Position numbers and translations under genes: made by a program. DNA of 64,000 bases from Nitrospirales bacterium. GTDB lineage: Bacteria > Nitrospirota > Nitrospiria > Nitrospirales > UBA8639. Numbering within the stretch: the first letter of the stretch is position 1; each line of letters opens with the position of its first letter. The DNA lies in contig OY820905.2 in the NCBI GenBank assembly GCA_963555755.3, positions 3,872,001 to 3,936,000 on the forward strand, given 5' to 3'. Under the pieces are notes generated by a model, which ran no database searches, was not told the origin of the DNA, and saw only the letters and a program-made list of their open reading frames with translations. This document shows, one piece after another, positions 49,065 to 60,745 of the stretch.

Positions 49065-50068
49065 GATTCTTTGGCTTCATCCATGCGGGAAACAATATAG
49101 GTTACGAGGGCGTCGAGCCCTTCGCGTGTGGCCGAAGAAATCGTCAGAAAGGGCAATTGGTGTTCGTCGCAATAATGCTGGAGTTTCAACAGATTGTCGC
49201 CATTGCCTCGGAGGTCGTGTTTGGTGCCGATGATTGCGTAGGGCCGTTCTCCCAGATGATCATCGAATGCTGCCAATTCGCGCCGGAGAATCGTCAGTGC
49301 CTCCAAAGGCTCATCCGGCGCCCATTCCGAAATGTCGATCAGATATAACAAAAATGCCGTGCGTTGAATATGCTTTAAAAATTGAATACCCAACCCCTTG
49401 CCCGTGTGCGCGCCTTCAATTATGCCAGGAATGTCTGCCATCACAAAGCTGCGATATTCTCCAAACGGAACTACGCCGAGGTGGGGTCGCAACGTGGTAA
49501 AGGGATAATTGGCGACTTCCGGCCGCGCGGCTGAGACCGCTGAAATCAAGGTTGATTTGCCGGCATTGGGAAAGCCCACCAATCCGACATCGGCCAGCAG
49601 CTTTAATTCCAGATTTAACGATAACTCCTCGCCAGGCATTCCCGGTTCGTGTTTTCGGGGCGCCCGGTTGGTCGATGTGGTAAATCGTGCATTGCCTCGG
49701 CCGCCTTTCCCGCCACGGGCTATGATAATTGTTTGCCCGTCCTCGATCATATCCGCCAAGACTTCGTCGGTTTCATGGTTTTTAATGATGGTCCCCACCG
49801 GCACGGTCACCGTGACGTCGCCACCGTTGCGTCCATGTTTATTGGTACTTTCTCCCGGGCGTCCATGTTTGGCTTTGTAGTGGCGAAGATATTTCAAGTC
49901 CAGCAGTGTCGTGGCTCGGGTGGCGGCTCGTAAAACCACGTGCCCTCCGTTCCCGCCATCGCCCCCATCGGGGCCACCATGCGGCACATACTTTTCCCGG
50001 CGAAAACTGCTAGCGCCTGTGCCGCCGTTCCCGGCTTTGACATAGATTTTGGCTTGATCGATAAACAT
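49049..50068 (-). CDS. obgE: GTPase ObgE
   Basis: FRREKYVPHGGPDGGDGG, GFPNAGKST, DIPGIIEGA. Confidence 0.97.
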   Translation of the reverse strand: MFIDQAKIYVKAGNGGTGASSFRREKYVPHGGPDGGDGGNGGHVVLRAATRATTLLDLKYLRHYKAKHGRPGESTNKHGRNGGDVTVTVPVGTIIKNHETDEVLADMIEDGQTIIIARGGKGGRGNARFTTSTNRAPRKHEPGMPGEELSLNLELKLLADVGLVGFPNAGKSTLISAVSAARPEVANYPFTTLRPHLGVVPFGEYRSFVMADIPGIIEGAHTGKGLGIQFLKHIQRTAFLLYLIDISEWAPDEPLEALTILRRELAAFDDHLGERPYAIIGTKHDLRGNGDNLLKLQHYCDEHQLPFLTISSATREGLDALVTYIVSRMDEAKESCTIS

Positions 50069-50158
50069 AAGTAATTCTGTCGCAAGTTGGCCGCACCAAC
50101 CTGGGTAAAACACTGGATGGGAAGATTATAGAGGAACGAATGGTAAAACAGGAAGGTA

Positions 50159-50413
50159 TTACGCGGAAGGGTACACGCTGATTTTTTTTCGGGCTTCATA
50201 GCCCTCAAACTTGACGATTCCGTGGGCTTTGGCAAACAGGGTGTGGTCTTTGCCCATTCCCACATTAAGCCCAGGGTGAAATTTGGTTCCACGTTGACGT
50301 ATTAAGATATTGCCAGCCTTGACTTGTTCGCCCGCGTATTTTTTAACGCCAAGATATTGAGGATTGCTATCTCGTCCGTTTCGTGATGATCCTCCGCCTT
50401 TTTTATGTGCCAT
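50159..50413 (-). CDS. rpmA: 50S ribosomal protein L27
   Basis: [16 protein letters not shown]. Confidence 0.98.
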   Translation of the reverse strand: MAHKKGGGSSRNGRDSNPQYLGVKKYAGEQVKAGNILIRQRGTKFHPGLNVGMGKDHTLFAKAHGIVKFEGYEARKKISVYPSA

Positions 50414-50437
50414 GGGGTCTCTTCAATCCTCTATTTG

Positions 50438-50752
50438 TCAGCTTACGATAATTTCTTCAATTCTGATTTGGGTGAAACCTTGGCGATGTCCTTTGGTGCG
50501 CCGATACCCTTTCCGCCGTTTCTTCTTAAATATTGTGATGGAGCGGGTTCTGCCATTTCTCACCACGGTGGCTTTGACATGGGCTTGGTCAACCTCAGGT
50601 TGTCCAAGGGTCGACCCATCATCCCCTGAAATAAACCGCACTGGTTTTAATTCAAGAGTTTGACCTTCTTCGGCATGAAGTAATTCAACTTCAAGCGTGG
50701 CCCCTGGCTCCACTCGATATTGCTTTCCACCTGTTTCTAAAATTGCATACAT
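50438..50752 (-). CDS. rplU: 50S ribosomal protein L21
   Basis: MYAILETGGKQYRV, KRRKGYRRTKGHRQ. Confidence 0.97.
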   Translation of the reverse strand: MYAILETGGKQYRVEPGATLEVELLHAEEGQTLELKPVRFISGDDGSTLGQPEVDQAHVKATVVRNGRTRSITIFKKKRRKGYRRTKGHRQGFTQIRIEEIIVS

Positions 50753-50918
50753 AAATTTCCTCACCTCCCAAGCCGAACAAAAATATCATATAGGGTGAAA
50801 GGCTGTCAAGGAATCCAGGCTATTTGGGTTGCCAAAATCCTTGATGAACTGTTGAATTATTAAAAAATTCACAGTACCCAATCCATCTGACAGAACCCTT
50901 GAAACATCATAAGCAAAG

Positions 50919-51037
50919 GGCCTGTTCAAAAAGGCTCGTCCAGCAAGGCCGCAGGACCTTTGGCGCGCGCAGCCTACAGGAGTAGGTGAGCACGACTAAG
51001 GTCCGAGAACGCCGCTGGCGGCCTTTTTCAACAGGCC
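50919..51037. mobile_element. MITE family C variant
   Basis: ggcctgttcaaaaagg / cctttttcaacaggcc with the family C core. Confidence 0.82.
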
Positions 51038-51127
51038 ACTTGATTGACAGGGTTTTGTTGCCTGGGCTATATACGACGAGGTTGCCACAAGCCTCCATCG
51101 TGATACACTAGAGAATAAGGGCACTAT

Positions 51128-52042
51128 ATGGTTACGACAAGTGACAAAATTTGGATGGACGGCCAATTTGTGAATTGGAATGAGGCGAATGTCCATGTCC
51201 TCACTCATGCCCTGCATTATGGGTTAGCGGCGTTTGAGGGCATTCGTTGTTATAAGGGCATAAAGGGGTCGGCCATCTTTCGTTTGAACGAGCACGTTGA
51301 CCGTCTGTTCGAGTCAGCCCACATCATGGCCATGAAAGTGCCCTATAATAAAAAAGAGGTGTTTGAGGCGATTATCGAAACCGTTCGCGTCAACCGGTTG
51401 GAGTCGTGCTATATCCGCCCTTTGCTCTACGTGGGTTATGGGGAAATGGGACTGTTCCCAGGAAACAATCCCATTAAATTAAGCATTGCGGCTTGGCCCT
51501 GGGGGACGTATTTGGGTGAGGATGCGTTGGAGCAGGGCATCCGGGCTAAGTTGTCATCCTTCACTCGCCACCATGTGAATGTGTCGATGACGCGTGCCAA
51601 GGTCTCAGGGTATTATGTGAATTCGATCCTGGCTAAATGTGAGGCGAAAAACTCAGGCTATGATGAGGCAATCCTTCTGGATCCCGAGGGATACGTCGCT
51701 GAGGGAACCGGGGAGAATATATTTATTGTAAAAAAAGGTGTGCTGAAAACAACTCCGTTGACCTCCATTCTCGAAGGTATCACCCGAGATGCCATTATGA
51801 AGCTGGCTCAGGAGCGAAAAATCCCCGTGGTCGAAGAACGATTCACTCGTGATGCCATGTACGTAGCAGATGAAGTGTTTTTAACAGGAACGGCTGCCGA
51901 GGTGACGCCAGTTCGGGAGATAGACGATCGGGCAGTTGGCGAAGGTACGCGCGGGCCAGTGACGACGCTTCTGCAAAAAGCGTTCTTCGATATTGTAAAA
52001 GGCGAAGATTCGACTCACCAAAATTGGTTGGCCCCGGTTTAG
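51128..52042 (+). CDS. ilvE: Branched-chain amino acid aminotransferase
   Basis: HALHYG..FEGIR, AKVSGYYVNS, EGTGEN, LEGITR, TGTAAE. Confidence 0.96.
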   Translation: MVTTSDKIWMDGQFVNWNEANVHVLTHALHYGLAAFEGIRCYKGIKGSAIFRLNEHVDRLFESAHIMAMKVPYNKKEVFEAIIETVRVNRLESCYIRPLLYVGYGEMGLFPGNNPIKLSIAAWPWGTYLGEDALEQGIRAKLSSFTRHHVNVSMTRAKVSGYYVNSILAKCEAKNSGYDEAILLDPEGYVAEGTGENIFIVKKGVLKTTPLTSILEGITRDAIMKLAQERKIPVVEERFTRDAMYVADEVFLTGTAAEVTPVREIDDRAVGEGTRGPVTTLLQKAFFDIVKGEDSTHQNWLAPV

Positions 52043-52078
52043 CGTCAGGCCAACCCCTGTCTTTCGTTCCTTCCTTTA

Positions 52079-52243
52079 ACCTAGAAACAGCAGTTGGATC
52101 ACAAAAGTCCGCGCAAGCTCTTGGCGCACCTGATAAAATACAAAAATGTCTTATCACCACCGAGGTGACTACGACTTTTTGTATTTCACCATGCACACCA
52201 ATATCTTACACGGCTTTTTTGCGCCCAACTGCCGTTTCTAGGT
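52079..52243. mobile_element. MITE family B, free-standing copy (165 bp)
   Basis: TIR acctagaaac.gcagttgg / ccaactgccgtttctaggt; TTA TSD. Confidence 0.9.
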
Positions 52244-52306
52244 TTAAGGCTATTCCGATTAACCCAACTTCCGTTCTTTCAACGGATGGCGGAAGAACCA
52301 TAGAGT

Positions 52307-52487
52307 AAATCCGAAACTCGAATTTCGAAATCCGAAACAATTTCAAATGACAAAATGACCAATACCCAAAACGTCTAAAACAGCCAGTACGCCCTTTTCG
52401 GTGCGATTCTGCAACATTGGGCAGGATGGGTTTGAAACATTTGAATTTCAGATTTGTTTCGGATTTCGATATTCGGATTTCGAGTTT
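52307..52487. repeat. Family E heptamer-periodic palindrome
   Basis: aaatccgaaactcgaatttcgaaatccgaaac ... gtttcggatttcgatattcggatttcgagttt. Confidence 0.8.
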
Positions 52488-52527
52488 ATGGGACGATATG
52501 TGGAGTGAAAAGGATTACTTGGGCTGG

Positions 52528-52872
52528 TTATTCGGAACTCTCAGCCGGTTTTTCGGAGGAAGTTTCGGTGGTAGGGGGTGTCGAAGCTGGTGTAGGTATT
52601 GACTCACTCGAAGTGGATGGAACATCAATCACGGAGGAAGCATGTTCTTGTCTCGACAGCATGGCCAAAGTTAAGGATGTGAGCATAAAGACGATCGCCG
52701 CACCAACTGTGACTTTGCTGAGGAACGTGCCTGGCCCTCGACTTCCAAAGACCGTTTGACTTGATCCGCCAAACGCCGCGCCGATTTCGGCCCCTTTGCC
52801 GGCCTGAAGCAGGATGGAGACAATCATGAGAAAGCACACAAAGAGGTGAACGATGACGGCGAGAGTGTACAT
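52528..52872 (-). CDS. secG: Preprotein translocase SecG
   Basis: ILLQAGKGAEIGAAFGGSSQTVFG; follows tpiA. Confidence 0.95.
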   Translation of the reverse strand: MYTLAVIVHLFVCFLMIVSILLQAGKGAEIGAAFGGSSQTVFGSRGPGTFLSKVTVGAAIVFMLTSLTLAMLSRQEHASSVIDVPSTSSESIPTPASTPPTTETSSEKPAESSE

Positions 52873-52892
52873 GTTTTTAGATTCTTGAATGT

Positions 52893-53660
52893 TTAATGAG
52901 AAGCCTGATCTGCAAGACAACAAATACTAGCAAAGCTGGTAGGGTCAAGACAAGCTTTTCCTACTAATGCCCCATCGATGTCTGCACAGTGAAACAAGGC
53001 CTCGGCATTTTGGGGGGACACGCTTCCTCCATACACAATTCGAACATCTTGAGCGACTGGTCCCCATTCAGCCGTGACGATCGAGCGAAGAAAGGCATGA
53101 ATCTCTTCAGCTTGTTCGACCGTAGCGGCTCGTCCGGTTCCAATGGCCCAAATGGGTTCATAGGCGATCGTGATCGTGGAAATTTTTTCGGCATCAAGAC
53201 CCGAAAGCCCTTTGATCAACTGATCTTTGACGATAGCTTGCGTGTGTCCGGCTTCGCGTTCCTCTAAGGTTTCGCCAATGCACACAATAGGAAGCAATTG
53301 ATGCTCCAATGCGGCTTTCACTTTTTTATTCACTTCTTCGTTACTCTCTCTGAACAGTTGCCGCCGTTCAGAATGCCCAACTATCACAGAGGAGCAACCC
53401 AGGGCTTGTAACATCGCACCAGAGATTTCGCCTGTGAAGGCTCCCTCAGCTTCCCAATGGAGATTTTGTGCCGCCAGCGCAAACCGATCATCAGTCGTCA
53501 TAGCCTGTTGAACGGCATACAGGCTGATAAAAGGTGGAGCTAAGAGAATGTCGATGTTGGTTGAAGTCGGCACGACCTTTCGGAATTCATGCACAAACTC
53601 CACGGCTTCCGTCGCGGTCTTGTGCATTTTCCAATTACCGGCAATGAGGCGAGTTCTCAT
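52893..53660 (-). CDS. tpiA: Triosephosphate isomerase
   Basis: AGNWKM, GHSERR, AYEPIWAIGTG, YGGSV. Confidence 0.97.
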   Translation of the reverse strand: MRTRLIAGNWKMHKTATEAVEFVHEFRKVVPTSTNIDILLAPPFISLYAVQQAMTTDDRFALAAQNLHWEAEGAFTGEISGAMLQALGCSSVIVGHSERRQLFRESNEEVNKKVKAALEHQLLPIVCIGETLEEREAGHTQAIVKDQLIKGLSGLDAEKISTITIAYEPIWAIGTGRAATVEQAEEIHAFLRSIVTAEWGPVAQDVRIVYGGSVSPQNAEALFHCADIDGALVGKACLDPTSFASICCLADQASH

Positions 53661-53753
53661 GGGTGTGTGAAATACGATCGAAAAAAATCAAGTCAGATTG
53701 GGGCTAAAGGAATTTTGGTACTCATAAGTTGAACGGATTTGTTTCTGTCGTAC

Positions 53754-54048
53754 ACTCGAAATCCGAATATCGAAATCCGAAAAAAATCCAAAACTCGAAT
53801 GATCCAAACGGAGAATTTGGGTTTATGCAGTCAAGTATTTTTTTATTTTCAATTTGGGGCACCTCTACAAACCGTCCTTTTCCGTGATGGCGGCGTCAGC
53901 CGCGTGCTCACATCCTCATGTATTCGCCCATACACTCCGGTTTTCCGCGCGCGGCTTCCTTGCCCTCACAAAAAATGCCTGGTTTGTAGAGGTGCCCTTT
54001 GGTCATTAATAGTTGTTTCGGATTTCGATATTCGAGTTTCGGATTTGT
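53754..54048. mobile_element. Family E element with MITE family D (53857-53997) nested inside
   Basis: E arms on both sides of a D copy matching 5263-5403. Confidence 0.82.
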
Positions 54049-54070
54049 TCAACGTATTTCTGCGCAGAAT

Positions 54071-55264
54071 CTAACGATTGGGCAGAGCGGCGAGGCCGGG
54101 CATTTCCCCCCTCTCAAGAAGTTGGAGTGCGGCACCGCCACCGGTAGAAATAAACGACATGCTGTCGGTTTCTCCTGCACGATGGACAGCTAAGGCGGTA
54201 TCGCCACCGCCGACGATCGTCAGGGCGTAGGCATTAGCTACAGCATGAGCCATGGCTTGGGTCCCGCGCGCAAAGGCATCTCGTTCAAACATGCCCATGG
54301 GGCCATTCCATAAAATCGTTTTGGCATTTTGAACGGCTTCAGAAAACAATTTCACCGAAGCCGGGCCGATATCCAATCCATACCATCCTTCCGGAATTTC
54401 CTGGGTCGTGACAATTTTGGTTTCCGCTCCCGGATCGAGACTGGCGGCGATTACGCAATCCACCGGCAGATAAAATTTTATCCCGCGATCTATGGCATGT
54501 TGTTGAATGCCTTTGGCAAAATCCAGCATGTTCTCTTCGACGAGAGATTGGCCGATTTCCATGCCCATGGCTTTGATAAAGGTGAAGGCCATCCCGCCAC
54601 CGATAATGACCTTGTCCACCTTTTTGCCTAAATTCTCAATGACACCAATTTTGCCGGAGACTTTGGCTCCTCCAAGAATTGCCACAAAGGGTCGTATGGG
54701 ATTTTCCACCGCACCTTCAAGGTATTCGACTTCCCGTTTCATCAAATAGCCGGCGGCGGAGGCCTTGATGAATTTTGTGATTCCGGCTATTGAGGCATGG
54801 GAACGATGGGCTGCGCCAAAAGCATCGTTGATATACACGTCACCCAGGGAAGCGAGCTCCGACGCAAACTGATCATCATTTTCTTCTTCTTCAGAATGGA
54901 ATCGAAGATTTTCAAGCAGAAGTACGTCGCCCGGCTTCAGTTGGCTCACAAGGTTTTTCACTTTTGAGCCAACGCAGTCCGGAGAAAAAATGACATCTTT
55001 TCCCATGAAACGTCTGAGACGTTTGGCCACTGGCGCGAGGCTCAATTCTGGACAGGGTTTCCCTTTTGGGCGTCCAAGGTGAGAGCAGAGGATGACGCTT
55101 CCACCTTCGTCTACGGTGTGGTTGATTGTCGGAAGAGCGGCGCGAATACGTGAATCATCCGTGATTTGCAGGGAGTCATCCAGTGGCACATTAAAATCCA
55201 CCCGAATGATGACACGCTTGCCGCGAAGGTCAATCTGATCAATGGTTTTTTTGGTGATACGCAC
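54071..55264 (-). CDS. pgk: Phosphoglycerate kinase
   Basis: RVDFNVP, SHLGRP, LLENLRF, GGAKVSGK, ISTGGGA. Confidence 0.98.
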   Translation of the reverse strand: MRITKKTIDQIDLRGKRVIIRVDFNVPLDDSLQITDDSRIRAALPTINHTVDEGGSVILCSHLGRPKGKPCPELSLAPVAKRLRRFMGKDVIFSPDCVGSKVKNLVSQLKPGDVLLLENLRFHSEEEENDDQFASELASLGDVYINDAFGAAHRSHASIAGITKFIKASAAGYLMKREVEYLEGAVENPIRPFVAILGGAKVSGKIGVIENLGKKVDKVIIGGGMAFTFIKAMGMEIGQSLVEENMLDFAKGIQQHAIDRGIKFYLPVDCVIAASLDPGAETKIVTTQEIPEGWYGLDIGPASVKLFSEAVQNAKTILWNGPMGMFERDAFARGTQAMAHAVANAYALTIVGGGDTALAVHRAGETDSMSFISTGGGAALQLLERGEMPGLAALPNR

Positions 55265-55324
55265 GAGGAATCCTTTCTACCCTCATGGTTTCCTGCAAAC
55301 GAGGGGACAGAAAAGACTTACGTT

Positions 55325-56356
<1,032 letters not shown>

Positions 56357-56504
56357 TCAAATTCACGTGGAAAAAGACCCAGAACCCCATAGTACTTTTG
56401 GGGGGGTATTAAGTCAAGCAATTGACCACTTGAAGATTGTGTGGGTAGCAGAGAAATGAAACTGAAGAGGATGGAACAGAATGTAACGTAAGAGGCATCG
56501 TTCC

Positions 56505-57485
56505 CTAGATCTTCATCGCATCCTTTACTTCGGCCAGGGTTTGGCGGGAGACCTCAGTGGCACGCTGGCATCCGCTCTGAACCACGTCTTCCAGCCGTTT
56601 TGGGTTGGCTTCGAGGGTTTTTCGGGATTCCCAAATGGGCGCCAGCCGTTCAACCATGGAGTCGGCCACAAATGTTTTGCAGTCGATGCAGCCGATTTCA
56701 GCAGTCCGGCATTCTTTGTTCACTTGGTCGAGGATTGCGGTGGTAGAGTAGATTTTGTGGAAATCATACACCGGGCAGATTTCAGGGTTCCCCGGATCCT
56801 TCCTCCTTACCCTAGCCGGGTCCGTGACCATGGTTTTGAGTTTTTGGCGAACCTCCGGTTCCGAATCTGAGAGGTTGATAGTATTCCCATAGCTCTTGCT
56901 CATTTTCCGACCGTCGGTTCCGATCACTTTGGGAAATTTCGTTAACAATTCTTTTGGTTCGACTAGTACCGGGGAATAGAGACTATTAAATCGTCTGGCT
57001 ATTTCCCGGGTGAGTTCGAGATGAGGCAGTTGGTCCTTGCCAATAGGCACCGCGTCGGCTTTATACAACAAAATATCAGCAGCCTGAAGAACGGGGTATC
57101 CCAAAAAACCATGCGTGGACAGGTCGCGGCCTTCGATGTGTTCTTGTTTTTCCTTGTAGGTGGGATTTCTCTCAAGCCAGGGTACAGGGGTGATCATCGA
57201 GAGCAGCAAATTCAAAATAGCGTGCTCGGGGACATGAGACTGGATGAACACCGTGGCACGTTCAGGATCAATGCCGGTAGCCAGCCAGTCAATCAACAGT
57301 TCATGAATGAAGGCTTGGAGTTGGCTGGTATCCTCATAATTTGTGGATAAGGCATGCCAGTCCGCGACAAAAAAGAAGCATTCATTGTCTTCCTGAAGCT
57401 TTCTCCAATTGTCAAGAGCCCCTAACAGATTGCCAAGATGCAGCCGCCCGCTGGGCTGCATGCCACTTAATACGCGTTGTGGCAA
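56505..57485 (-). CDS. trpS: Tryptophan--tRNA ligase
   Basis: SGMQPSGRLHLGN, YPVLQAADIL, KMSKS. Confidence 0.97.
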   Translation of the reverse strand: MPQRVLSGMQPSGRLHLGNLLGALDNWRKLQEDNECFFFVADWHALSTNYEDTSQLQAFIHELLIDWLATGIDPERATVFIQSHVPEHAILNLLLSMITPVPWLERNPTYKEKQEHIEGRDLSTHGFLGYPVLQAADILLYKADAVPIGKDQLPHLELTREIARRFNSLYSPVLVEPKELLTKFPKVIGTDGRKMSKSYGNTINLSDSEPEVRQKLKTMVTDPARVRRKDPGNPEICPVYDFHKIYSTTAILDQVNKECRTAEIGCIDCKTFVADSMVERLAPIWESRKTLEANPKRLEDVVQSGCQRATEVSRQTLAEVKDAMKI

Positions 57486-57509
57486 CGTTCTCTCCTTATT
57501 CGTAAAAGA

Positions 57510-58217
57510 TCAGGACGACAAGAGCTCACTGGGGAGAATGGTCGCCGTTAAGATTTGAAACACCGTCATGAGTATCGTTCGGATAAAATGGTGGTAAGAG
57601 TCCGTCATGATCAACCCAATGAAAATTAACATGCCGTAAGGTTCCAGGCGTCGAAGGTGCAAGGCAGATTGAGGTGGCAGAAGGCTTACCAGGATTCGCC
57701 CGCCATCCAGAGGAGGAATGGGTATCAAATTGATGACCATTAAAATGGTGTTAATCAAGATTGAAAATTGCGCCATCGCTGCTATGGGCAGCAGGATGGT
57801 ATGAGCGAGACTGGTCTGGGATTCCCCTTCGGCTTGAGATGGGTCAAAGGATAGGATGAGGCTTAACACAATGGCGCTGACGATGAGAAGGAATAAGTTC
57901 ATGGCAGGGCCAGCGGCTGCCACGAAAGCCATGTCCCTTCGAGGGTTGTGTAAATTGGCAGAATTGATAGGGACTGGCTTTGCCCATCCCACGAGAAAAC
58001 TTCCCGGAGCCAATAGGCACAACACGGGGACAATGATGGTTCCCAAGAGGTCGATATGCGGGAGAGGATTCAGGGTTAAGCGCCCCAGATCTTTGGCCGT
58101 GGAGTCCCCAAAGAAATTTGCCACCCATCCGTGCGCATACTCGTGGAAGACGATGGCCAAGAGTAAAGGCAACGCCATATAGGAAATGGTGGAAAGAATT
58201 TGGCTTAGGGAATTCAT
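57510..58217 (-). CDS. Site-2 protease family (M50) protein
   Basis: HEYAH, AAAGP, NLIPIPPLDG. Confidence 0.93.
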   Translation of the reverse strand: MNSLSQILSTISYMALPLLLAIVFHEYAHGWVANFFGDSTAKDLGRLTLNPLPHIDLLGTIIVPVLCLLAPGSFLVGWAKPVPINSANLHNPRRDMAFVAAAGPAMNLFLLIVSAIVLSLILSFDPSQAEGESQTSLAHTILLPIAAMAQFSILINTILMVINLIPIPPLDGGRILVSLLPPQSALHLRRLEPYGMLIFIGLIMTDSYHHFIRTILMTVFQILTATILPSELLSS

Positions 58218-58247
58218 GAAGGTACTGTGACAATGGAAATAAATCTA

Positions 58248-58388
58248 GGGCACCTCTAAAAACCGTCCTTTTCTGTGATGGCGGCGTCAGCCGCGTGCTC
58301 ACATCCTCATGTATTCGCCCATACACTCCGGTTTTCCGCGCGCGGCTTCCTTGCCCTCACAAAAAATGCCTGGTTTTTAGAGGTGCCC
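58248..58388. mobile_element. MITE family D copy 4
   Basis: Near-identical to 5263-5403. Confidence 0.9.
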
Positions 58389-58434
58389 TCTAGGCTTGAG
58401 AAGCTACACAAAAATGAACATGTGGGTCATCAAC

Positions 58435-60426
58435 CTAATTAATTTGCACAAACCGACCGTTCGCGACCTGAATCATATACACTTTGCGATCGAGAACGCC
58501 ACCTTCTCCAAATGACGCGAGCCCTCCCAGTGTCGGAAGGTCGTGCCGAATGAATAGCTGGTCACGGACTTCTTGCCCGGTGGTGGCCCCATGGCTGATG
58601 GTATCCAGGATTATCCGCATGGCGTCATACGCTTGGGCCGCGAAGATGGATGGATCAAGATGAAATTGCTCTCGATACTTCCGAATAAACTCCTGAACTT
58701 CAGAGTCCGTGCTTTGGAGGAATAGCACATCGCCAAAGGTCCCACCATTTAGCGTGCTCCGTCCCCACTTGAGCAAATCGGGATGATTCCAGGTGTTGTT
58801 GCCCAATAAGGGCACCTTCACATCGTAGAAGGCAAGTTGGGCGGAAAGGAAGGCCACATCAATAGGAGTGCCCGGCAGGAAGAGCGCATCAAACCCTGGG
58901 GTATAGACCAACAGTTCTTTCTCTTCTTTTTGTGGCTCTTCGGTTGGTTGTTCTTCGGTTTTTTCGGTTTCATAGGGGAGCATCTCGCCGTAGAGGCTAA
59001 GGTCCTTATCTTTTATCCGTAGAATTTGGGCCGAGGTATCGGTTGTTCCACGCTGATACGATTCCGCCGCAATGATTTCGCCTCCATTTTGGATGACGGT
59101 TTCCTGAAAGTGTTGGGCTAATTGTTTGCCATATCGGGAATCGGGGGAGAGCACGCAAAATCGAGTATAGCCAAGCGTTTGCATGGCATGTTCGATCAAT
59201 TTGTTGACTTGCAAGTGTGTCGTCAACGCGGTACTGAACCAAAACCGTCCAAATTGTTTGACATCGGACAGGCTGGCTGTGGGTGTGATAAACGGCGTTT
59301 CCGTCCAGTCGGGAAGATCCGCGACGTGTTGCACTTGCCGAGCCAGCAGCGGACCGATTAACGCAATCGGTACAAACTCCTTGAGGACCTTTTCGAATTC
59401 ATGATGCAACTGGGCGGGAGGCAGGGCGCTGTCTTTGACCACGATACCCACGGTATTCGATCCGAGCTGAGCCCGCCCCTCTTGCAGGGCAAGCCGAATG
59501 CCGTTGAGCGCATCGGTTCCAAAGAGTTTCATCTTTCCCGAGAACGGAAGGACTGCTGCGATGACATATCGATGGGCTTTAATCTTCAAGATAAACGATT
59601 GCATGAGTGCGACAGCCGTTTGCGCGTAGGGATGATGAGGAAACCGATGGAGAAACGCCCGAATGTCTCTCTCAGCCAACACTTCATCACCTAGGGCGGT
59701 GTGAAGCTCGATCAAACGAATCAGGGCCAAGTCGCCTGGAAAGGTGGTGGGGAAGGTCTCCAATAAATCTCCAAGCGCCCGTTCAGACATTTTTTGTAAA
59801 ATCAGACTTTTGATATAATCCAATAACTCTCCGCGCTCGTCCTCCCTGGTTGTATTCAGTTGCTTCATGGCCATGTGAACGGCCTTGGTATGCTCGCCCT
59901 TGAGTTCGTAGGCCTGGTGAAGGAGGTGCAGGCCTTTCGTTTGAGTTGAGGGGTTGGATGATCGATTCAGGGCTTTGGTCAGCACGGTGATGGCTCGGTG
60001 AGCCAGTTTGGATTCGATATACATCGTGCCGAGCAACAGTCGGGCCTCGTCTGTGCGAGAAGAGATCGGGTATTCTTCCAGAAATTGTTCTAAAATAATG
60101 ATAGCCTGTTTGGTCTCCCCTTTGGCCTGAAGCGCTCGGGCGTGGAGAAATGTGAAAGCGTCGGTTCGGGAAGAGGTGGATCCAGACTCGATAAAGTTCT
60201 CAAGCATGATCAAGGCCTGGTCAGTCTGCCCCCGTTCCAGAAGGGATTGAATGTGATTCATACGTTCATCTGCGGCGGCAATCAGCGGGTCGATATCTTC
60301 CAAAGGAGGGTCGTGTAATTGGCCGACGGCATGTTGAGGAAGGACAACGGTCATGCAGACGAACCATACAAGACAGGCGAATCCCGTGAAGATTCTGGGG
60401 CGAGAGAATTGTTGGCTATGAGGCAT
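58435..60426 (-). CDS. TPR + periplasmic-binding-fold protein (LpoA/LppC-like)
   Basis: Signal peptide, TPR-like helices, AVLPFSG, ALIGPL, AAQAYDA. Confidence 0.78.
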   Translation of the reverse strand: MPHSQQFSRPRIFTGFACLVWFVCMTVVLPQHAVGQLHDPPLEDIDPLIAAADERMNHIQSLLERGQTDQALIMLENFIESGSTSSRTDAFTFLHARALQAKGETKQAIIILEQFLEEYPISSRTDEARLLLGTMYIESKLAHRAITVLTKALNRSSNPSTQTKGLHLLHQAYELKGEHTKAVHMAMKQLNTTREDERGELLDYIKSLILQKMSERALGDLLETFPTTFPGDLALIRLIELHTALGDEVLAERDIRAFLHRFPHHPYAQTAVALMQSFILKIKAHRYVIAAVLPFSGKMKLFGTDALNGIRLALQEGRAQLGSNTVGIVVKDSALPPAQLHHEFEKVLKEFVPIALIGPLLARQVQHVADLPDWTETPFITPTASLSDVKQFGRFWFSTALTTHLQVNKLIEHAMQTLGYTRFCVLSPDSRYGKQLAQHFQETVIQNGGEIIAAESYQRGTTDTSAQILRIKDKDLSLYGEMLPYETEKTEEQPTEEPQKEEKELLVYTPGFDALFLPGTPIDVAFLSAQLAFYDVKVPLLGNNTWNHPDLLKWGRSTLNGGTFGDVLFLQSTDSEVQEFIRKYREQFHLDPSIFAAQAYDAMRIILDTISHGATTGQEVRDQLFIRHDLPTLGGLASFGEGGVLDRKVYMIQVANGRFVQIN

Positions 60427-60458
60427 CGTGGGGATTTTTCGGACGTATTTTTTCCTAA

Positions 60459-60606
60459 GGGTTCGCGCAAGGATAATTTCCCATGTTTGGGCGTCGATTC
60501 ATCCTGTCTGGCGGCGTTGCTCGTCCGAGGAGTATGCGCAGTCCTCGCGCCTTGCCAGATAGGTGTCTCAACAACCAAACATGGGAAATTCTCCTTGCGC
60601 GAATCC
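60459..60606. mobile_element. MITE family A copy (slightly deleted)
   Basis: Matches 381-538. Confidence 0.82.
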
Positions 60607-60745
60607 TCACTTCGTATATACGGCCAGCCTCCTCTACTGTCAAGAAAACTCTTTGGGCGTGGGGATTCCTCAATAAAGGTTGAGAAAAATGAAAGGGTAT
60701 GATCCTCCACAAAGACAAGGTCAAGCGAGCAAAGGACTGAGCGTG

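Noticed and set aside
52307..52487. CRISPR array in the periodic repeats (also 62328-62622)
   Set aside because: No constant repeat with unique, evenly sized spacers and no cas genes.
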